Source: Thermofilaceae archaeon (GTDB lineage: Archaea; Thermoproteota; Thermoprotei; Thermofilales; Thermofilaceae). From it: DNA of 64,000 nt. The position numbers and the translations under genes are program-made. The notes under the pieces were generated by a model that saw only the letters and a program-made list of their open reading frames with translations, made no database searches and was not told where the DNA came from. The stretch spans positions 128,001 through 192,000 of the forward strand of contig JAWCCZ010000001.1 of NCBI GenBank assembly GCA_038861545.1, given 5' to 3'. Position 1 is the stretch's first letter. Each line of letters begins with the position of its first letter. Positions 58,000-64,000 of the stretch are shown piece by piece.

Positions 58000-58487
58000 G
58001 CTGCGACCTGGTATCTTTCAATGGAAATCCCTAGCTTGCTGAGCAAAGCGTGTTGTTCGCGAAGCTGTTTTTCTGAGATAGAAGGTGAGAAAGCATTGAC
58101 GTAGTTTAACTTTTCGTATTTAAGAGCCTGATCAGCGATAATTTTCTCAACCCCATGCGGGAGAGGTCTGGTAGCTGTGTATAAGGTTACCGTTGCCTTT
58201 CCGTTAGAAGCGTAAACTGTAGCGAGGTAAGCTGGTATGACACCTAATCTAGTCATGGATATGAGTACTGCGAGGTCAGGGAGAGAAGGTGCTGTGCGTG
58301 GAACCGGGTGAGTGTGTATAACAGCTACAGCTCTGCCGTGTGGCCCAGTTAAAGGTATCTGGACTTCCATCGAGACACCTCTAAACAGCATCCTTGCGCC
58401 ATCTTCATAGATGATGATAGCATGCTCTTCTTTATCCACAGTCATAGATGCTAGTTCACGGGATGATTCAAGGATTCTATCTTTCAC
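57993..58487 (-). CDS. JAB/MPN (JAMM) domain metalloprotease-like protein
   Basis: N-terminal Glu (EEHAII) plus HTHP.....PSLPD (HxH-x7-S-x2-D). Confidence 0.65.
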   Translation of the reverse strand: MKDRILESSRELASMTVDKEEHAIIIYEDGARMLFRGVSMEVQIPLTGPHGRAVAVIHTHPVPRTAPSLPDLAVLISMTRLGVIPAYLATVYASNGKATVTLYTATRPLPHGVEKIIADQALKYEKLNYVNAFSPSISEKQLREQHALLSKLGISIERYQVAAQ

Positions 58488-58539
58488 GTAGTGAGTATTC
58501 CTTAGTCATTTTTATGCCTTCCGGTTAAGCTCGCCAGCG

Positions 58540-58594
58540 GCCTCAGAGCCTGCTCGAATCATCATATTCTCAGGCTCCCAAGCATCTTCATAGG
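58540..58594 (-). ncRNA. C/D-box guide sRNA
   Basis: Minus strand: C ATGAAGA, guide TGCTTGGGAGC, D' CTGA, GAATA, C' TGATGA, guide TTCGAGCAGGCT, D CTGA. The C box overlaps the rsmA stop codon. Confidence 0.8.
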
Positions 58595-59400
58595 CGGCTT
58601 CTATCCCTTATTTCCCAAGCCTCCTTAAGCACCTTCGCCATTGCGAGCAGCTCTAATGGTTCGAGCTCGAACACCCGTTTATCTAAATCTACGATGCCTT
58701 GGAATAAGTTGGGGTCTAAGCTCATATTCCTTAAAACTTTAGATAACTTTCTTTTTCTCTGGGAAAATACTAGAGCCGTGAGTTTCTCCACCGTATTGAA
58801 TAAATCCACGTTTCTCTTTCTCGGTTTCATATTTACGATTAACGAATCAACCTCGGGCTCAGGGTAAAAGGCTTTCCGGCTCACACTTCCAGCGATTTCC
58901 ATTTCTGAGTAAAGCTGTGTAATGACGCTTATGCGCCCATAATCCGAGGCTCGAGGCCTCGCGATAAGTCTTAAAGCAAATTCCCTTTGTAGAGTTAGAG
59001 ATGCTAATTCATAAGCTGGCTCACGTAGTAGTTTGACTATAAGCTGGGAAGAAATATTATACGGCACATTGCTGATCACTCTTTCAACGCGAGGGATCGG
59101 GAACCTAAGGGCATCAGCATGGATAATCGATATTTTGCTGGAACCCTTAAACCTGTTATTCAGCAACTTGATTAACCGGTAATCCACTTCAATAGCCATG
59201 ACTTCCGTTCCCTTGTCGGCAAGAGCTTGGGTCAGGGTTCCGAGACCAGCCCCTATTTCGTAAACTACGTAGCCCGGCTGCAGTTTTGCCGCTTTAAGTA
59301 ACGTTTCCACAGCCCCGCGACTCACGATAAAGTTCTGCCCTAGTCTCTTCTTAGGTCTGATGCCATATTCCTTAAGTAGTGACCTGGTTTCTGCTAACAG
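58588..59400 (-). CDS. rsmA: 16S rRNA m6,2A dimethyltransferase RsmA/KsgA
   Basis: Motifs EIGAGLG, SNVPYNISS, YGRIS and FYPEPEVDS. The conserved N-terminus YGIRPKKRLGQNF lies upstream of the ORF-track start (59325), in frame back to CTG 59400. Confidence 0.92.
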   Translation of the reverse strand: MLAETRSLLKEYGIRPKKRLGQNFIVSRGAVETLLKAAKLQPGYVVYEIGAGLGTLTQALADKGTEVMAIEVDYRLIKLLNNRFKGSSKISIIHADALRFPIPRVERVISNVPYNISSQLIVKLLREPAYELASLTLQREFALRLIARPRASDYGRISVITQLYSEMEIAGSVSRKAFYPEPEVDSLIVNMKPRKRNVDLFNTVEKLTALVFSQRKRKLSKVLRNMSLDPNLFQGIVDLDKRVFELEPLELLAMAKVLKEAWEIRDRSRL

Positions 59401-59461
59401 TTATCAGCACCCTAATCAACTTGAAGCGAAACCTCTTTTAACATTACGCGGAAAATATCTT

Positions 59462-59863
59462 GTGGGAGAGAGCATACACGAGAAAATTAGGGAGGACGAC
59501 GTTGTTGTAAAGAAAATGGCTTCAATGCTGAAATCCGGTGCAGCGATGCTAGAGCAACTTTGTCCAACGTGCAGGGTTCCACTTTTCAAAACAAAGAGTG
59601 GAGAAGTTATTTGCCCAAGTTGTGGACAACGGTTTGTTATAGTAAGCAGCGACGAGGAAGAACTCGAAGTAAAAGGAAACTTTGTTCTTCAGGAGCTGGA
59701 GCAAGCTGCTGTAAGCAAGCTGATTCAGGTGACCTCAAGCCTTATGAGTGCGCGGGATTATTCTGAAGTTTCAGAGGCTCTCGACACCGCTTTGAACCTG
59801 CTTAGGATTATTGAGTATTCACGCCGAATCCGTCGCGGGGGCGAGATTGGTAAAACCAGTTAA
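59462..59863 (+). CDS. UPF0148 / Auto_anti-p27 family Zn-ribbon protein
   Basis: KKMASML.SGA.ML...CPTC..PLF....GEVICPSC. Start placed at GTG 59462. Confidence 0.85.
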   Translation: MGESIHEKIREDDVVVKKMASMLKSGAAMLEQLCPTCRVPLFKTKSGEVICPSCGQRFVIVSSDEEELEVKGNFVLQELEQAAVSKLIQVTSSLMSARDYSEVSEALDTALNLLRIIEYSRRIRRGGEIGKTS

Positions 59864-60542
59864 AGTCAGGGATTCAATCGAAGTCCTATACTCGACAGGA
59901 CACTGGGCTCTATTGAACTCGTTCCGCTTTCATGCCCGCTCGCTTATGGCTTTACTGCCTTACTCTTTACTTGTGGGCAGCGTAGCGCGCGGAGACGTAC
60001 ATAGCGGTAGTGACATAGACATAGCACTAGTGGAGCCTATAGCGCCATCTCTTGTTGAGGAGAAATTATTAGGGGCTGGCCTAATGATAGAATCACGGGA
60101 AATAGTTCAAGCTACACCGCGCTCTACTCCTAAGCTCTATATTCACTTAAAAGGGAACGTTAAAGTATCTTTACCCTTAGCCCCGCTTTCACCTTTAGAG
60201 GAGGAGTTCTTCGGGTTTGCAGGTTCCGTGAATTACAGCGAGCTTGAACGCCGTGTCCGTAAGCCGGGTGTAAATAAGAAACTATTAATTGTACTGCCCA
60301 CAGAACACGGGCACGTCGAGTATTCGATTGTAGGGAGAGAGGGAGAGGTTGCCAAGCTATTAGATGTTTCGCCCACTTTAGTAAAGGAAAGGGTTGCCAC
60401 ATTACTGCACAGGGATGAAAGGGGGAGAAGCGGACTCTTCCTAAGGGTTCAGATTCCGCAGTGGGAGAGCACAGAGGAGATGATAGTCTGCCTAGCTCAG
60501 CGGGTACCTGCTCTTAAAAAGCGGTTGAAAAGTTGGTTTTAG
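59847..60542 (+). CDS. Nucleotidyltransferase domain protein (archaeal COG2413-type)
   Basis: Motifs GSVARGDV...SDIDI, QATP, PGVNK.L and R...GR.G.F. Start placed at TTG 59847. Confidence 0.82.
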   Translation: MVKPVKVRDSIEVLYSTGHWALLNSFRFHARSLMALLPYSLLVGSVARGDVHSGSDIDIALVEPIAPSLVEEKLLGAGLMIESREIVQATPRSTPKLYIHLKGNVKVSLPLAPLSPLEEEFFGFAGSVNYSELERRVRKPGVNKKLLIVLPTEHGHVEYSIVGREGEVAKLLDVSPTLVKERVATLLHRDERGRSGLFLRVQIPQWESTEEMIVCLAQRVPALKKRLKSWF

Positions 60543-61630
60543 CATAGTGGGTCCAGCACAGGTGTCCTGCCAAAGAAGCCAAGATCCACTTCAGTGCCGG
60601 GTTCCGCATCGACTAGCAGTATTCGCATTCCGAGTGTTCTTCCTTTTATTTTTTTCGCTGTCTCAAGGTCCCTTATCAATCCTCTTAGAACTACATCGTC
60701 GGTAGTTGAGGGCAGAGGAATCATGTCCAGACCTACCACGCAAACTAAAGTAAGGTAGAGAAAATCCTTGAACGCTATCTGCCCTGTACTCGCAAGCTCT
60801 TTAAGTCGATCATCTTCAGCTAATGGTAGCATAACTTCGTTAAACCCGATGGTTTTCAGCGATGAAGCTAAGAGTAGGAGGGCTTCGTTAATGGCTTTAA
60901 TTGTGGAAATGGTTCCGGGGTTTCCAAAAGGTATACCCTGTAGTTTTTCGACGAAAGAGGCGACGCTATCTTTCTGCCACGGCGATAGCGATAGGTCAAT
61001 GCCATGGAAAGGCGTAGTTGCATTTACATTATCAAGTGCATCGTAAACTATTCTATAGGCATCAAGTACGGTCTTTCTAAGCGAATCTGGGAGCGCCATT
61101 CCCTCGGAAATCTCTTTTTCAACATGCGAAGGGTAGAGCAAGCTAAGTGTATACCCCTCGGTTTCGCTCGTCGTAACCGGGAAGTAGGAGGTAACTGGTC
61201 GTTTTCCGAAAGAAATTGCAAAACGGGATCCTGCTAACCATCCCGCTTTCTCAGGTATTTCTCTCAATGCTTTTATTATTTCGCTTGCCAGCTTTTCACT
61301 GTAAACTACCGAGAAGTAGGCTCTTTCGAATGATAGCATGAGCTCGGCAAGTTTTCCTGATTCCAACCAAGAAAGCGGGAAAGCCACGTAATTGACTGTT
61401 TTGATCACCGTATCGTAAAAAGTTTCTAGAAACTTTTCCATGCTAACATTAAATGTTGAAGATGCCTCATATACTGGAGGACAAACAATTCTTACGCTCC
61501 ACACTTCTCGGCGTTTAGAAAGCTCCTCTACGAGGCGTTTTACTTCATCTATCTTAAGCCTGGATAGGTAACCTTCCAGGCTGCCCGAAGCAGGCGGAGC
61601 ATGGTATACAAGTGCTCTGAATTTATACAT
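60539..61630 (-). CDS. DUF711 (UPF0210) family protein
   Basis: Motifs YFP, GIDLSLSPW, GFNEVMLPLAED and VCVVGLDMIP. Confidence 0.8.
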   Translation of the reverse strand: MYKFRALVYHAPPASGSLEGYLSRLKIDEVKRLVEELSKRREVWSVRIVCPPVYEASSTFNVSMEKFLETFYDTVIKTVNYVAFPLSWLESGKLAELMLSFERAYFSVVYSEKLASEIIKALREIPEKAGWLAGSRFAISFGKRPVTSYFPVTTSETEGYTLSLLYPSHVEKEISEGMALPDSLRKTVLDAYRIVYDALDNVNATTPFHGIDLSLSPWQKDSVASFVEKLQGIPFGNPGTISTIKAINEALLLLASSLKTIGFNEVMLPLAEDDRLKELASTGQIAFKDFLYLTLVCVVGLDMIPLPSTTDDVVLRGLIRDLETAKKIKGRTLGMRILLVDAEPGTEVDLGFFGRTPVLDPLC

Positions 61631-61646
61631 TCTAAGTCACCCGCAC

Positions 61647-63239
61647 CTATACGGTTAAAAATTTCAAAGGCAAGCTAATACCTTTATCGATCACATCGAA
61701 CGCGTGCTTGTAGAGTTTATCAGTTAGATACACGCACCTAAGTAGATTTCTCGTAGAGAGGTAAACGTGCTTCGGGAGCGCAAAAGGTGGCCCGTTTCTG
61801 ATATCCCAAGGCGCATGTACATCGTCAATCCCCTCGAAGTCTAAAAGCGTAACAGTATAACGGCTTGGATCCCTTTCCTCTCTCAGAAGCTCTTCCGCCA
61901 GCCTTAGGGTCCACGGATCCATCGCATCCATGATTACATCTTCCCTCAAGTCGTCTTCAATCAGGTACTTGTTGCAAAACTGGTCGTTTAACCACACCAG
62001 TGCGTGGTCGAAGCCCTTACCCGCTCTGCCGAACATCGCATCCAATGCCAGAGCCTCGAGTGCTAGAGGGTTTGTACCAGCAAACATAAAGCCTCCGAAC
62101 CTTCTTCTACCATATATTAGTGGGCCTTCCCCCTCCATACCGACGACGCCCGATATAAGCCCGGCTATCCTTGTTCCAGCTCTATCCAGCTCATCTAAAA
62201 TAGTAGCGAACATCCCAATATATCTAATGATCGAGTAGCCCATGCTGAGTAGAAATGGAATTAAATTGCTAACATATATGTGTGGTTCGCTAGCCACCAG
62301 CTCTTCTCCACCTTCAACGCACACGTCCAAGGGGGCGGAGAAGGAATACCCATTACTCAAGATTATCTTCCTTCCAGCCCTTATCGTCTCGAAGGTTCTC
62401 TCAACCGGGATCTCGTAACCTAAGTATTGCTCAGCAAATTCCCTATCGAATAGTTTAAGGGGTACGCCGTTAATATGCCATCTATAGCGCCGAGGTACCC
62501 AAAGCCATCCGAAGTTTTTCATAAGTAAAGAGTACACTGTTGTAGAATGAGTCTTGGCAATAGATAAGAGAAGCACAAGATCATAGTTTTCACTAAAAAG
62601 GGGTTTCGGAGGTGTAGCGTGGGCGAAAAATCCCAGCTCGTAGCCTTCAGCCCATTTAATCGGTAGATCTTCGAGCTCAGTTGAGTTACTGTAAAGGTTA
62701 ATGAAGAAAACTTTTCCATCATACTTTTTATCCGAGAATACCCTCACATACCCAAGCTCCCACGCAACTCTAAGGGGGTCTAACCATGGTGAATCCATAG
62801 CTACATGTATCTCCTCAGTCCCATGTTCCAGTAATGCATCGACGGCACCCGCAAGAATAGCAGGTTGCGTTGATAGTGGTTGCAAATCAGCGTGGACACT
62901 AATCCCGTTCTCGCGGGCGATAAACTTCAGTTTTGGGTCAGTTAAAAACTCTCCAGCACTGACGTCAGAGTCCGGTTTAATTAGAACTTTCCTGACGACT
63001 CCAAGTTTCTGCAATAGCTCTGAGACCAGAGCTCGCGAAGCTGCATAATTACATTTAGGAACTTCCGCCCACTCAGGTACCCTTGCAGCGTAAATTTCCC
63101 CTTCGCTCCCAGACCATATTTCAGACTTACGCATAGGCCTTAATGGTACGTAAAGCTCCGGGTTTACTAGCGGTACAAACCAGTCAGTTTCGGCTTGTTC
63201 ATATATTATCTGTGGAGGGATCCTTTCAAAGTTAGCCAT
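61647..63239 (-). CDS. DUF362 domain-containing protein
   Basis: Motifs KVLIKP, T.P, KTH, MKN.G, GMEGEGP and GTNPLALE. Start placed at ATG 63239. Confidence 0.7.
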   Translation of the reverse strand: MANFERIPPQIIYEQAETDWFVPLVNPELYVPLRPMRKSEIWSGSEGEIYAARVPEWAEVPKCNYAASRALVSELLQKLGVVRKVLIKPDSDVSAGEFLTDPKLKFIARENGISVHADLQPLSTQPAILAGAVDALLEHGTEEIHVAMDSPWLDPLRVAWELGYVRVFSDKKYDGKVFFINLYSNSTELEDLPIKWAEGYELGFFAHATPPKPLFSENYDLVLLLSIAKTHSTTVYSLLMKNFGWLWVPRRYRWHINGVPLKLFDREFAEQYLGYEIPVERTFETIRAGRKIILSNGYSFSAPLDVCVEGGEELVASEPHIYVSNLIPFLLSMGYSIIRYIGMFATILDELDRAGTRIAGLISGVVGMEGEGPLIYGRRRFGGFMFAGTNPLALEALALDAMFGRAGKGFDHALVWLNDQFCNKYLIEDDLREDVIMDAMDPWTLRLAEELLREERDPSRYTVTLLDFEGIDDVHAPWDIRNGPPFALPKHVYLSTRNLLRCVYLTDKLYKHAFDVIDKGISLPLKFLTV

Positions 63240-63436
63240 AAACTTCAACTTAAAGTGAAGCGTAAAAGCGTTTCCACACTTTAGCCAGTAAATATGTTTC
63301 CTCAAGTTTCATTATACGTAGGAGGTAATGCTTCTTGCTTCAATACTTTCTGACTAAGTTCCAGCTAACTAGGCCTATAAGCTTAAAAAAGTTTATAGTA
63401 GAAGTTTTAAACACAGCTTGGCTGGTGCGTTAATCC

Positions 63437-64000
63437 ATGGGTACGGTGCGTTTTGTTTCGCTGGATCTAGACGGTACACTAGTAACAAAGGAATACGTGG
63501 ATTACTTCTGGCTTGAGCTTGTGCCAAGGTTGTATGCTAAGAGATACGGGGTCAGCCTGAATAAAGCTAAAAGGGAAGTTTTAAGTAAATATAATGAGGT
63601 TGGGTCTCAAGACTTGCGTTGGTACATTCCAAGATACTGGTTCACGCATCTCGGATTGAGTCTTGAGCTTCTACCTAAAGCTTTGGAAGAAGCAGGACAA
63701 CTAGTTAAGCCGTACGAAGACGCAATGAGTTTTTTAAACAAGGCTCAGGGCAAGGTTGAGCTAGTACTTTGTACAAGTGCTTCTCGTGAGTTCATAGATT
63801 TAGTTTTTAACAGAGTTCCAACACTAGCGGAGTCGGTATCACGAGTTTTCTCCTCAGTATCTGATTTCTTGCTACCCGGTAAGCCGGTTGAGTTTTACAA
63901 AGCCGTGTTAAGAGTCCTAAGAGCGGCTCCCCGTGACGTTATACATGTGGGTGACGACCCGGACGCAGATTATAGGGTTCCCTTGTCCATCGGGATAAAG
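63437..64000 (+). CDS. HAD-superfamily hydrolase (runs off the window end)
   Basis: MGTVRFVSLDLDGTL (motif I), later KP and HVGDD; absent from the ORF track because it has no stop in the window. Confidence 0.88.
   Translation, partial: MGTVRFVSLDLDGTLVTKEYVDYFWLELVPRLYAKRYGVSLNKAKREVLSKYNEVGSQDLRWYIPRYWFTHLGLSLELLPKALEEAGQLVKPYEDAMSFLNKAQGKVELVLCTSASREFIDLVFNRVPTLAESVSRVFSSVSDFLLPGKPVEFYKAVLRVLRAAPRDVIHVGDDPDADYRVPLSIGIK

Noticed and set aside
59462-60542. Nucleotidyltransferase plus small upstream gene as an MNT-HEPN toxin-antitoxin pair
   Set aside because: The partner is a UPF0148 Zn-ribbon protein with no HEPN RxxxxH motif, and the transferase is the longer conserved archaeal type.
1974-63048. 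Numerous 60-165 aa ORFs antisense to or overlapping well-supported genes (e.g. 1974-2342, 12202-12621, 32901-33275, 34525-35019, 62701-63048)
   Set aside because: These are shadow ORFs with no motifs, overlapping confidently identified CDSs.
1-64000. CRISPR arrays, rRNA genes, IS elements or proviral genes
   Set aside because: No regularly spaced repeats, rRNA-like GC-rich blocks, transposase or integrase motifs were found by reading.

Overview
This is a gene-dense archaeal chromosomal segment. The TFB, Rpo7/Spt4, eS24/eS31, KEOPS and BHB-type tRNA intron signatures show it is archaeal; gene content suggests a thermophilic Thermoproteota, probably Thermofilaceae-like, but that placement is inference. 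It holds about 55 CDSs. These include a translation/transcription core cluster (dph6, tfb, pcc1, DHH nuclease, rps15, bud32 | rpoE1, spt4, DPCK, rps24e, rps27ae, kae1), carB-carA, AMP phosphorylase, thiL, surE, tldD/tldE, rsmA, sua5 and an AOR plus ferredoxin unit. Many carbohydrate-catabolic genes are scattered through it (GH127, GH5, GH116, an unclassified GH-like protein, FGGY kinase, PIG-L deacetylase, RpiB-like, two Gfo/Idh/MocA, a polyol dehydrogenase). Features missing from the ORF track: an intron-containing tRNA-Thr(GGT), a C/D-box guide sRNA overlapping the rsmA stop, two multiply disrupted pseudogenes (bactofilin-like and cyclophilin-like DUF369), a partial HAD gene, and an rsmA N-terminus lacking a canonical start. 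The best candidate for an undescribed system is the overlapping three-gene unit at 3481-10156: a CdvA-like coiled coil, a large surface glycoprotein and an FtsX-type permease fused to a CdvA-like coiled coil, all carrying the same SHOCT-like motif. Second is a putative pterin-cofactor uptake module upstream of the AOR genes. I saw no rRNA, CRISPR array or mobile element. All family assignments come from motif recognition by eye; no database searches were run.
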